Shown here one piece after another: positions 28,604-45,152 of a stretch of DNA of 64,000 bases. Location: assembly GCF_009914755.1 (NCBI RefSeq), contig NC_060932.1; one strand, 5' to 3'. A program made the translations under genes and the position numbers. The notes under the pieces are model-generated. The model saw only the letters and a list, made by a program, of their open reading frames with translations, ran no database searches and was not told the origin of the DNA. This stretch comes from the human T2T-CHM13v2.0 reference genome, Homo sapiens. Every line of letters begins with the position of its first letter. Positions within the stretch are counted from its first letter, which is position 1.

Positions 28604-29699
28604 TTAAAAAGCCCGTTTCTCCTTGTTTTTGCTGAGGCTGGTCCTTTGGCTTAGAATGCCTTTCCACCACTCCCTGCGCCTTTTTGCCTGCCTCCTTCCC
28701 AAGCCGTCTGTGACCCTTTTAGTGGGAACAAGCATCTGTCGAGCACCCGTCATGTGCCAGACAGTCTGCTACGCATGGGGAAAGATGAAAGGAAAGCACT
28801 TCTGCCTTCACGGAGCTTGAAGTCTAGTGGGGTGACAGACAAGGACAGTGCCAACGACTCCGCCCAGTGATGATGAGACTGCACCTGGAGAAGGCAGGCA
28901 GGAGCCGTGCGTCTCTTCAGCTCTCAGGAAGCGGAGCATTCCCTGCAGTTGGGTTCTGTGCAACCTCCTTCACCATAAGAACTCCTGTTGACATACTAAG
29001 GATGGTCTCCATTTCAAAGATGGCCTGAAGTAACCCGTCCACTCTAACAAAGCGGGTAAAAAGCTGAGGTTCATTACAGATCTGTTTGAAGCCAAATAAA
29101 TATAAGGTTTTCCCTCCTTCATTCTGCCTGTTTCAGTAGTGGAGATATTTCTAGGGGTGGGGGATAGAATTCTTTTTGTTTGACGTTGTCTCTATTTAAA
29201 CTGCTTTGGATTTTTTAGAAACTAATAATGTCACCTAAATGTCCTTACCCAAAGCAAACATATTGGCTTTCTGTCAGTCATTCTCAATAGCAAATCTAAC
29301 ACAATTTTCCTGTTTAGCAAGAAATGCAATAAAAGCACACATCTCCTTCCACTGTCTGGTTTTTTTCCTACTGTCTTCACATGGATCATGCTGAACGCAC
29401 TGGTGGCGGCTGGTTTTAAGAGAATAGTTCGTGAGTCCCACCTAGCACTGCAAAGATTCCCCAGAGTCCCTGCGGACCCTGCGGATGAACTACCTGGTGC
29501 TTCGCGGTGACAGCGTCTTGCAAAGATTTCAGGGTTTCTGAGAATCCTGGTGTTTTGCTGCCACGAATCATAACCTGGGAGAATACTGAAGCGGGGCTGG
29601 CAGCTTTATACATTTGCTAGACAGGTGTTTCTAGGCTTCCTCCAAATAAGCATGTCAATGCCTAGATTATTTGGATGTTTATGTTAAAATTTAATCTCA

Positions 29700-29994
<295 letters not shown>

Positions 29995-30202
29995 TTAATC
30001 TCAAATGTTTATTAAAATTCCTTCTCAGGAATTCAGGTATTATCAGTTAGTCGCTGAGGCACCCCAAACTAAGCTACTTTCAGAGAGCTTACCATGTACC
30101 ATTTCTATGAGACACACCGGAAGTGTCCGTAAGGATGCTTGTGGTCCAGTCCTAAAGACAACAAAAAATGTCAAAACAAATTGAAAAATATTTCATCTCT
30201 TA

Positions 30203-30370
30203 AGGTGGTGGTCCTCAAACTGTGGTCTCCACACCAGAAGTAGCGGCAGCATCTGGGGGCTTATTCTACATGCAAACTCCCAGGCCCTCTGCAAATGGGG
30301 TCCAGCAAGCTGTGGCATAACCAGCCTTCCAGGTGATGCTGATTCTGGTTAACGCAGATGCCACTGCCTT
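30203..30370. mobile_element. MER5A-type element
   Basis: ggtcctcaaactgtggtc..cagcatctggggg..catgcaaactcccaggccc..caggtgatgctgat. Confidence 0.75.
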
Positions 30371-30604
30371 AAGTTGCTGGCATGATCAGATGTAGCAGCC
30401 TATGATCAACAGGAAGACACACTGGAAGAGCAGAGCAATTCTTTAGAGGTCATTTCATTTGCTTTCCTGTTCCCTCATCCAACGTTTAATGACAGCCTGC
30501 TCCATGTCAGCCCCTGTAGCAGGCACTGGAAATGCAGAGGTTCCTGTGGTATCCCACTCTGATCCATGGACACAAAGTCTACTGGGGAAACCACACATAC
30601 ATGC

Positions 30605-30843
30605 CATCGGCCCTTGAACAACATGGGTCTGAGTTGAGCAGGTCTGCTTAGAAGCAGATTTTTTTTTCAACCAAAGGTGCAACAAAAACACAGTATTGGT
30701 GGGATGTGAAACCCACATATTTGCAGGGCCAATTTTTCATATTCAGGGGTTCTGCAGGGCCAACTGCAGGACTAGAGTATGTGTGGATTTGGGTGTATGG
30801 AAGATCCTGGAACCAATCCCCCGTGTATACCAAGGGGAGACCA
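30605..30843 (-). mobile_element. MER8
   Basis: ggcccttgaacaacatggg...tcctggaaccaatcccccgtgtataccaagggga; homologous to 8901-9122. Confidence 0.85.
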
Positions 30844-32938
30844 TCATTTAAAACGCTGGCAGTTGGTGTTGGTGTTGTTCAGACAGTGTTTGTTGCTCAG
30901 CACAGCAAACCATCACTGACATAGGCCCTGAAGGGGCCCCGTGGACACACTCTGCCTCTTCCGTGGCATCTCTGTGGTGAGGCCTCTGCAGACGATCCGC
31001 CTAAAACAACGAGCAGGAGTCACTCCCGTGTCTTTCCTTGTTTGTCCACGTGGTATTTGTTTGCTGCTTGTCTCTTCTGCTGGATGTCAGCTCAGGAACG
31101 TCGCCTTGTTCACTGTTACGCCCCCAGCATTCAGAACTGGGCATGCTCTAGGTGCTCACTGGATGTTTGCTGAAGGAATGGATTACATGAAATGTCACAG
31201 GGGTTCCTGGAGACAGTGATCATCATGCAAGGCAAAGGACAGGAACTCAAGGAACAGGCCGTCCCCCTTCTCTGTCCTTAACATCTGTGTTAGAATTCCA
31301 CATGCAGCAGACTCTCTCTGCATCTCTTACTTCTACATTTCTTATTAAGTTTTGAAATTGTTGAGCAGATTAAAGGATTCCTTTGAAGCTTTTATGCTTA
31401 AACTTTGTGGAAAGAAATTCCCTGTCTCTGTAACTATTACTGGGACAGATTAGAAATAATTTGGAACTGAATTGGATTTGCTATTTTGTAAGCTTTTCTT
31501 ATCTACCAAGGCTAATAGCAGAAACTTAACTCCTTACAATAGCCCCGGAGAAAGTATTATTATCTGCATTTCACAGATTGGAAACTGAGGGTCAGATAGG
31601 CTAAAGGGTTTATACTCCACTGCTCTATAAATATGGTTTGAATTGAGACAGAATGTTTTGTATCCCATAATAAGTTGGGAAACTTAGAAATTATACGTAA
31701 AGGGGCAGCAGGATATCACGGAAACAGCGTGAACTTTGGATTCAGACCTATCCTGATTTGAATTTTAACTTCTACTTAGTAACTGCTTGACCTTGGGCTA
31801 ACTTAATCTTTCTAAGCTGTTCAGTCATTTCCACTTGAATGATGGGAAGTTGTAGTCATGAGGGAAGTAATCTGTAAACACTGTCACCGCGCTAAATCTC
31901 CTCGGCGTCACATCCCGAGCCTCTGTCTCGCTCTTCTTCTGGCCTCGGCCTGTTCGGCTGCCTGCCATGCCTGGGCGTGCCAGCCTAGCAGAGGGGCCGG
32001 AACCGTGAATTCTGCCATCAGCTGGCCCAGGGCCGAGCCTGCCTCTGCCGCTGAACTACTGAGGTGATTCAGGGCAAGGCACCCAGCAGGGCCACGCCGC
32101 TGTCTTCATCTAGAAAACAGGAATGCTGGGAGGGACCCCCGCCTCACAGGTCTGTGGTGAACGCGCACCGTCAATGCAGAGGAAACTCCAGGCGCAGGGC
32201 CCAGCACCAAGTGAGCATCGGAAAATGCTGGACAGGACACTGTGGCGGCTGCTGCTGCTGGAGGGAAGTGGGGGGTTCCTCCACTCTCTCTGGACTTCCC
32301 CATCCCCCCGTCTGCCTGAAGAATCCCAGCCGGTTCTCCGGGAAGCCTTCTCTCTTCCATGTCCCCCCACGCCCCCGCTAGCTTCATCTCCCTCCCTTGC
32401 CTAAGCCCTTTCTCTCCTGGATTCCCTGTACCCGCACCCCCTTTCCCACCCAGCAAACCGACGATTACATGGCTGTCTTGGGAACAAACAGATGATGAAG
32501 GCACTGCCTGTCCCCAAGGAAGGCCACAGTCCCAACTGCACACCTCTACGGCAAGAGCAGCGCTGGGCACCATTGCTTCTGTGGATGTTCTCTCCCCCGG
32601 CTCTACTGCAAGATTTTCAAGGGCAGAAGCATGTCTTATGCAAGCCTGTGGCCATGCTCCTCACACAAATCAGGCTGCTGTAAGTGTTCAAGGAGTAACT
32701 GGCATAATACGTGTTTTCCTCGCCGCTGATGGGAACAGCCATTCTGCTGCCCTCCAGGCCCCGAAGGGCTCGTGGAAACCATTTTTAATTTGTAACACAG
32801 CTTGATTAAGAAGCAATGCTATTTGTTGTATATCCTAGGGTTTTTTTTTTTTAAAAAACTTGAATACATTTGCTCCTAAGTTGTCTTTACAGATTCTTTT
32901 GGTCCATTTGCAACTGTAATTATTAAAATGTAAAAGTT

Positions 32939-33418
<480 letters not shown>

Positions 33419-34059
33419 TCATAAACATCCCACAATTCTTTATTTTAAAAGCTAAAGTAACGTATTTTACATGACGTATCTGAATGTTGTTAGAATCCCA
33501 AAAAACCCAGAGTTAAGCTTTATTCTGATCGAATGAGATAAAACATACTTTACTGCCTTGCTTTGCCTCACTAATGAAGAGAATCTTCAGGCAACCCCAT
33601 GGAGAGGGGCTGTCTGGCCTCACTGTCTGGAATATCCGGGTCAAGAAATGTGTACAGAAGGCATGCTTCACAAGCCCATGGCCACGAGGCGCTTACAGTG
33701 ATGGGGAGCTCAGCAATATAAGCAAAGGACAACAGTAACAGTGTGGGAGGTGCTACCATCCAGGTGGGAACGGACAGCAGACGAGGACACAGGAAGAAGG
33801 GCCTGACTCTGGGTGTGCCACTTGCGGAGGAAGGCTCAGCAGACCAGGTGACCTCAGAGCTCACCCAGGAGGACAGAGGAGCATGCCATGAATGAAAGGA
33901 AGTGAGCAAGAAGGCCCAGCCAAGCAAAGAGCCTGCGCTCAGGACCAGCAATGCAAGAAGACACGCCTCATCCAGCCAGGTAAGCAGATGCGGATGGCTG
34001 GCCTCAGGCAAGCGCAGGCCACCTCTCATGGTGAAGGACAGGGGTAGCTGCCCAGGGCT

Positions 34060-35452
<1,393 letters not shown>

Positions 35453-37120
35453 AAGCACAACCTCTGGCTCCCACAGGAGCTTCCCATGAATGAAGCTACA
35501 GCTATTACACCTACCTGCTCAAATGTTAAGAGATAAGATGTTGACAAGGGGGAGCAGGAACCAACAGGCTCCCCAAAGCCAACCATGCACAGAGCTTAAG
35601 GGAGGCCTGGCCCCGCCTCCTGGCAAACTAGTTTCGTTAGGATTTCAAAACTGCTTTCCAGCAAGCTATAAGCAGGTGTGGAGTGTTTACAGAGCAGTAT
35701 TGCACATGGAGGGTAGTAGAATCTATTCAGAGCCAGAGAGCACACCACGATAAATGGCTGCAGCCGTGCATGCTGGTGTCCGCTCCCTGACTGTTCACAG
35801 TCGTTCCAGCCACTTGGAATGCTTTATCCTCCAGGTCTCAGCTGGCTCCCACATCTCTATGCAGCTCTGAAGGCTGTGCATAAGTTGGATGCCTTCAACA
35901 GGCAAAGCCATGGGTACCTCTAGTGCCACACGGCACACAGTCCAACTCAGGGAAAAGCCTCCTGTTGCCGGGCATTTCTGCAGCCCCAGTCCGTGATGTG
36001 GGCACCAAGTTTGGGCCCTTCTCAGAAGGGCTCTCAATGGAGCCCCTGCCATGTTCTGGTTACGATGACATGTTTTAGGCACGTCATATCCAACTCAGAG
36101 GGTAGACACCAGCCTGGCTTTGCAGTTGGGGGAAGCCAGGCTAGGCAGCACTAAGTACCTGGCCAAAGGCCCACAGCTGATGTGGGCAAAGACCAGACTC
36201 CCAGCTACTCAGGGGACCCGACATCTACCTGTTCCAGAGGCCCTTACACCCCTGCCTAGTCCAGAGCTGCTCTTGTTGTTAACAACCAGCAGGACTGTGA
36301 CTGACCTGGACTCACTGACCAAATCTCATTTTCCTCCTTACATACAAGAATGAAGTTCCAATGAATTATTTCCTAACTTGGTCCAACCTTCTTTCTTTCC
36401 CCTGCCAGGCTCTTTTATCATTTAAGCCTCCCAACAATCCTATGAAGGAAGCATTGTCGTTCAATTTTACAGAGGGGGATGCTGAGAGTCAGAAAAGCTG
36501 GACTGTCTTGCTGGCTTGCATAAATATTGTTTCTAAGATGCATCCAATTCACACAGTCCCTATTTTCAACCCTAGAAGATTCCTCCTGAGGCACGCAGGA
36601 AAGACAGTCATGAACGTGGACAGACACAGTCACTCTAGCTAAATGGAGGAAGGCATCTTTCTGGAAAACCTGAGAAACACATGTTATCTTTCCCACTTCT
36701 CGGGGTGCTCCCTAGGAGCAGCTTTCACTGAATTACTTGTTTCCATGACTACACCATTCCTCGGTGATAGTTTTATAGGTTTAGCACGATTCCAATTAAA
36801 TCACATCATTCCTGCTTCGGGGAGAAGGGCTCTGTAACAAGCTCATGGTGCCAGATGCCCCTACAGCAATAGATGTCCCCACAGACAGCACTGTCAGCCA
36901 CTTCACTTGCACAGCTCCCGCTCCGGTCCCCAGAGAGGCTCAGCCGTCCCGCAGAAGACAAACCTCGACAACCAGAAAATGCCGCATGATTGCACAGGTT
37001 TGAAATCCACCACATTCACTACTGATGGATCTCAGGCAAACCCAACTGCTCCCTCTTACCCAGGACGCACCCACGCTCCTTCCGTGGGTGGCACAGCACC
37101 TTTACCTGGAAGGCCCTTCA

Positions 37121-37594
<474 letters not shown>

Positions 37595-39575
37595 TCATAG
37601 GATATTTACAAGGATTGAGGAAACCTGGGAATGTCAAGCACCCAAACAGTCCCTGCCCGGCAGACCCCAATCCATAAACGTCAGTTCTCTTCCTCTCAGT
37701 TCCCACGCTAAAGCCGTGGAGGAGGGTGCCCAGGCCACTCGAGGAAAGTGGCTGGCCTCCAAGGGCAGACGGGGGTCGCAAGGCAGCAATGAGACAGAGA
37801 ACCGATGAAATGATGGTCCAAGGGGAAGGCATCAAAGGCCTCGAGTGCAGGATACAGAGGCGTTGGGACTCTGTCCACAGGTAAAATTCAGAAAAGCTGT
37901 AGTGAAAGAAGAAGGTGTCACAGTGTAACTGACAGAGACCAAAGTGGGTAACTTGGAGAGTGTGACATCACCTCAAGGAGCCTCAGTTTTCTCCTTAGAG
38001 GATAATAGCACCTACTCAAACAACTCTCAAGGGAATCCAAAAGGACAATTTCGATGCAAGTGCCTGATATGCAAGAGTTCCTCGGTAAACGGTAATGATA
38101 TTTTAATCATTACATTTAAATACATGTACGAACATTCATCTCTATCTATATACATTTATAATGATTCCAAAGAAAAACAGCACATTCACCCTTGCAACAC
38201 TCAATTGAAGAAAACAAAATCCATGCCACAGGCACCAAGACCCAACCAAGTGTGAAGAGCATCTCCTAGATTTTGAAATGTTACCCTAAACTGTAAGAGC
38301 CTATCCTGTGAGACACAGAAAAAATCCTCTTCTTGTCTAACAGAGTACCTCAAATGTGAGAGATGCCCCCCAAAAGAAGTATGAGTGGAACACAAAGCAA
38401 AGGAAGGAACCAACAAACTCCGCGTGCCTCTGAAACCCTTGGCAGCCTGGCCTGTCTCCTCTCAGCCCTCTCCGTGCTCCCGTGCTCAGGACAGCAGGCC
38501 TGCAGCAGCATGCCATACACACACAGACTTCAGGGGCCTCTGCACCTGCCAGCCGCAGGTTCGGGAACGCCCTCTCCACTCTGGCCTGCTAGCTCACCCC
38601 AGCTTCTTCTTCCTTCAATACTCCACTTGAGTGCAACTTCCTCTCACAGGCCTTCCTCGACTTCCTCCGTGCAGCCATAGCAACGAGGATCACCTGTATT
38701 CTAACCACTTTTTCTTGTTTTATTTACTTGTATCTTAGCCACCAGCCCAGGAGTTCCATGAAGTCAAGACAGCCATGATGCACCCTTGTTTCCCCATCAC
38801 ACGGCACGCTGCTTAACACGGTCCTCAGTGGACAAGGCTGAGTTACTGGCTTGTATGACAGCCCCCAACTCGAGGGCTCCTAAAAAGGAGGCCCCTGAAA
38901 TCCATCACTGTGTCCCAACCCCGGGGCACCGTAACTGACTCACAACTGGAGCACAATATACGTTGTGCTTTAATTCAGCAAAGAGGCAGAGTGAGGGAGG
39001 GTCAGAAGGAAGCCTGAACCCAGCCTCTGCAGTCAGCGCTGCTAGGGGCTTAAGGGAGAGCGCCACATCTGGTCCACTGCAAAATGGATGGAGTGATACA
39101 GCGATGGCCAGGCAAAACAAGGACATCGTCTGTGGCCTTGAGGAGGTCCTACTCGGGAGGAAGTCTGGAATGGCACAAGGAAGGTGGGAGGAAGACACGA
39201 AGCAGCACAGGGTTGAAAGTAAACTCTGTGAGGGACTGGAGTCTGAGGATGAGAACAGGCTGCGCAATGAGAGGGTGCCGGTAGCAGTGGACGGCCTCTG
39301 GCAGGATCTAAGCATGAGGAGTAGCACCAGAAGGGGACACTAGTCAGGCTCCTTTCCCACGAAAGATTCTATAACCCCGCATCTGGACTTACAGCATAAT
39401 ACAAATAAATATACCCCCTACAGCTGTGTCAAAACAGTTTACAGACACATGTAAACACCTGCTCCCCAAAATTCCCGGGGCCTGCCTGTGCCAGTGAATC
39501 CCTACCGTAACAAGGAACACAGATCGTGAAAGGGCCCACACTAGTGAGCAAGCTAGTATATTCAATGCCATGGCG

Positions 39576-39887
<312 letters not shown>

Positions 39888-40470
39888 CTAGAAGGAGTTC
39901 AAGTGCTCAGATAAAAGCGTGCCAATAATCTATACAGAAAATCGCAGCTGGTCTCACAGCAAACGGCCAGCAGAGCTGCACGACGCCACCACGACACTCG
40001 AACCTCTCCACTACTCCACCAGCATTTAGGAATAAACACCTAAGATGTTAGTAGGCCCAAAGGAACATCTTTCCAAATCAGCATTTTTCATTCTATCCCC
40101 AGCTCTGAAAGAATAACCAGAAGGTAAATAGGTCTGAGGGGTGGGATTTCCAGAATTGCTTAGTGGGAAGCTTGGCTAAACCTCTGCCCAAAAAGCAAAG
40201 ATGCAAATGGACAAAGTCATCAAGAACAACCATTTAAAGATGTTCAAACTGACCAAAGGCATACAACAAATTGAGAAGCATTTATTCATGACAATCTCGT
40301 TAATCTTGGTAAGAGCAAGGGAGACTGTGGCATTTTAGACAGGGGCTGGTTCCACTGCCCCTGCTACTCCCAACTCCTTGGCACACAAGTTCTACCTGGC
40401 CAGGAGAGACAAGCAGAAGACTGTCTGCTGCTCTGCTACCTGCTGGAAGAGGCTGACTTTATTTGGATCA

Positions 40471-40823
<353 letters not shown>

Positions 40824-40968
40824 CTGGATTTTAGGAGGAAACAGTCAGGGAAGGTAACACTGCAGCTGGCCTAAAGTCACAAAACTAGTTGGGGAAATGA
40901 TAAAACAGCAGACCCGCCAGAAATTCAGCAGGAAGAGCCAGTGAATGCAAGAGCACAGAAGGCCTTGG

Positions 40969-41602
40969 TGAGACCCCAGTTACCCCAGTGAAACCGTTTC
41001 TATAAACTTTATACAATAAATCAGGGAAGAAAGGAAGGGGAGAAGGAAAAACAAAAAAGCCTGCAGCACACTCGGCGATCATCGCGAGGGCAGCCTGCCC
41101 GGCCTGCTTCCTCAGCGCTGCCGGAGCCTGAATTGCCCCAGAATCACACAGACCTTGCTCCAAGACCCTAGTTCCCCTAAGAGCTCCGTCGATAGCCGCT
41201 TGAACGTTACAAAACGTTACGTTTTCCCTTTGAGATAGTCCTTCCGGTCCCGCATACCAGTGTAACTACCGACATCTGCTGGCCTGAAGGACCCCACTTA
41301 TGCCAGGTGTCTGAGGGACCTCACGGAGAGTTAATTCATCAAAGAATGCAGTTTCCACATCCTGATGTTTCATCCCCCTCACCACAACCAATGACCCCAG
41401 CTTTTCAGGTCCTTACCTTCCACGACCCCCTTATAACCCGCAGCCCAGAATTCCTCAGGGAGATGGGTTTAAGGGTCTCCTCCCACCTCCTCGTGTGGCT
41501 TCCTGCTGTCATTAAACTATCTCTTCGCTGCAAACCCTGCTGTCTCCATGTCATGGGTCTGCTACTATACACGGGGCAAACGAGCCTGTTGGTCCCACAA
41601 CG
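40969..41602 (+). mobile_element. MER39-like solo LTR (ERV1)
   Basis: tgagaccccagttacccc...aaagaatgcagtttccacatcctgatg...attaaactatctc...cctgttggtcccacaac; flanks ttgg and ctgg. Confidence 0.75.
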
Positions 41603-43132
41603 CTGGAAACCTGGGCAGCTGTGCACATGCACAAGCCCTCACACGTTCAGGACAAACCAGAGAGGGCCCCCATGAGCCACTGACCCTGGCTCAATGTGAG
41701 GCCTTGTGAATTCAGACGAAACAAACAGCCCTGCAGTTTGACAGCAATCCCCAAGGCACGTGCAGATCCATCGGGGAATGGTGGAAGGCCTGCTGAACTG
41801 AAGCATTTCAGCACAACCTCTAATCAGACACTGGCTGCCCACAAAGCTCCAGGGCACCTGGGGCACGCCCTGGGAATCCAGGCAAGCAGTAAAAACAGGA
41901 AGGAGAAAATCACCAACAAAGCAGAGACGTCACACACTGAGGAAAACAGACTCCACGAAGGTAAGTCAAGGCAAGTTGCAAAACTGATGGACAAACAAGA
42001 AGAACAGCAACACGCAGCGCCAGGGGAGGGTGGTGGGGCTCAGCCTCCAACTTGCTACGAACCATTACCTAAAAGATCCAGCTTTCCACAAAAAATTATG
42101 AGACATGCAAAGAAAGTCTGCCTCAAGCCCACCAGACAGCACCCTCCCGTACTTGGTAGCTCCGTGCATGTGCCGTGCAGTTGCACTCTGGGGCCTTTGC
42201 TGCCTCTGCTGGGAAGCTTCTCCCACACCAGTCCCCTTGGCTAACCCAAGAGCCCAGCAACACAGTAACCAAGCTGCCGTGCAAACAGAAGCTCTCCAGG
42301 AATGGGGCACTCCCCGCTACCAACAACCCCCTTCTTTACTGCAGAGCCCAAAAGGGGAGAGGACTCTTCCCCTAAAACTAGCTCCTTCCAAGTTCAATCC
42401 ACTGACATGACCTCCATCAACCAGAACTGGCCTATTCCTTCTTGCCATGACCTCATCAGATAGCACCCCATGCTCCTCCACCCCTCCTCTTGGTTGAGTG
42501 ACAGCAGCTCCAATGCCTCAAAGTCCACTGTATCACTGACTCACAAGCATCTTGGCCAAGCGATTCTGATGTTCCTAACCAGTCCCTGCCCTCTTAAATT
42601 TGGCATGAGGACTGTAAACAGCATCCCAAAGGCTGGTCCTGAACACAAGTGTGCCTGAAAGTGACATTGCCGCCTGCAGCCCAGTCACAGCTCTTAGGCC
42701 CTGCAGTCCTCCTGCTCTACACGCTGTCCCTGGGCCAGCTCAAACAGCCAGAGCTTCCCATGTGCTGAAGACTCAAAACCCCGGAGCACTTGTGTAGGCC
42801 TCTCCACGGAGCCAGCAGCCACCTCTGCTCACTGCTGGCCTACAAGCCCGCGGCACGTAGCTTTGCACTGACATTCACTTGCTACCGGCATATCTGTCTT
42901 GGCTTCCTTGGTGCTTCCAAACCAACAATTGGGAAGGGTTGCCAAAAGATTAAGAAAAATGTACAGGGTAAACATCCGAACTGAGGTATGCAATAAATAA
43001 ACTTTTCAAATGAATAGAGAAACGGCAGGAGAGAGTCTGCTTTAATCACCGCACGCCTGGATTCAGCCCACGGAATCTCCGTGTTCCAAGGACATAAGAG
43101 TTTGCAACACCAAACAATGCACTCAAGCTTCA

Positions 43133-43459
<327 letters not shown>

Positions 43460-43477
43460 TCAGCTTGGTTTTGGGGT

Positions 43478-43696
43478 TTGTTGTTGTTGTTGTTGTTTGG
43501 GACGGGTCTCGCTCTGTCGCACAAGCTGGAGTGCAGTGGTGCAATCTCTGCTCACTGCAACCTTTGCCTCCTGGGCTCTGGTGATCCTCCCACCTCAGCC
43601 TCCCTAGTACCTGGGACTAAAGGCGTGCGCCACCACACCTGGCTAATTTTTGTATTTTTGGTAGAGGTGGGGTTTCACCACGTTGCCCAGGCTGGT
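43478..43696 (-). mobile_element. Alu (J-type), truncated, about 50 nt upstream of the exon acceptor
   Basis: gacgggtctcgctctgtcgc...gttgcccaggctgg. Confidence 0.9.
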
Positions 43697-44852
43697 TTTG
43701 TTTTTGTTTTTGTTTATGTAGGGGATTTTGTTCAAAAACTGTGACTGTAAGGAGCATGCCAGTTTCTGTCCTGACTATTCTACCTTGTATCAGTTACAGC
43801 TGCCTGATGTGTCCTCCATAAGCACATATTCACATCTACTATGAGTAAAAGCTGAGAGTGCATCAGTCCTTAAAAAGGACAGCTCCTTACCACCTGGATG
43901 TGATGACCGAGGCCCCAGCCTTCCCTCTGCGTTTGGACCACGCAGAGCCCATCTCTCTCCTGGGCCTCTGCTGAGCCGCTCCTCAGGCTGGAATGAGTTC
44001 CCCTCCCTTCGTGCAGCCAGCTCTCTCTTGCCGCTTGACCTTAGTCTAAGTGCTACCTCCTCACCCAGCTTCAAGCAGCCACCACTCTCTGCCACAAGAC
44101 CCTACTTAAACCTCCGAGGAGCCACACTCTGCCATCTGGGTTTTTTTCTTACTTGTTAACAGTATCTATCGATTGACGGGTCTAACCCACGAATCATCTT
44201 TAAGTCCTCTCTGCATCTCACGTCGCATGTCCAACCCAAAAGGAAATCCTGCTAGCTCTGAGAGTATGTCCAGGGATGGCTTTCGTGGTTCGCACCAACT
44301 CAGAGTCACTGTAGTTTTCCTCCTGGCTCTTCTCCCCCGTTGCCTTCACTCCTTTCCCTAAGTCAACTCCCCACACAGCTCGCAGAGTCTCCTGAGGAAA
44401 GGGGGCTCACACCCTGCCCCTAGCACTCAAGAGGAAATGTCAAAGTCTGCACTGGTCTCCAAGGCCTCTGCATGATACACCATTTAACAGAAGAGAAGAC
44501 CTGGCGGAATGAATGAGATATTTGACTGCAGTTTTATATATTCTCAAGAACGTAAAGATACTGCCTCCTGAGGAGTTATCTTCAAGTAGCTGCAGCTCCC
44601 TAACAGAACCCAGCTGGCATGCGGGAGAAGTCTACCTATGAGTATGGCGAGTATCACAGACTTCCAGTGTAAACCAGGCCAAGAGAACAAACCACCAGAG
44701 GCAACTTGTGCAAGAAATCACGTTCATACTGATTTTGACTTAAGATACATGCAACAGCAGAGACAAAAGAGCAAATGGTAGAAAGTGAGGTTGGTAAGAT
44801 GTGGACTCACATCAGTATGACACTTTATGCTTTCTAAACTTGCCCTCGTTTT

Positions 44853-45152
44853 ATTTGTTCTTTCTTTTTAAGTTCCAGAGTACATGTGCAGGATGTGCAG
44901 GTTTATTCCATAGGTAAACGTGTGCCATGGTGGTTTGCTGCACCTATCAACCCATCACCCACGTATTAAACCCAGCATGCATTAGCTATTTTTCCTAATG
45001 CTCTCCCTCCCCTCACTCCACCCCACAACAGGCCCCAGCGTGTGTTGTTCCCCTCCCTGTGTCCATGTGTTCTCATTGTTCAGCTTCCACTTGTAAGACA
45101 GAACATGCGGTGTTTGGTTTTCTGCTCCTGCGTTAGTTTGCTGAGGGTAATG
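44853..45152 (-). mobile_element. 5'-truncated L1PA (L1PA8-10-like) 3' end
   Basis: tacatgtgcaggatgtgcagg...gaacatgcggtgtttggttttctg; degenerate duplication aaacttg(c/t)cc. Confidence 0.9.

Noticed and set aside
30116-30125. Perfect ETS motif ACCGGAAGTG
   Set aside because: Isolated 10-mer with no CpG island or promoter context.
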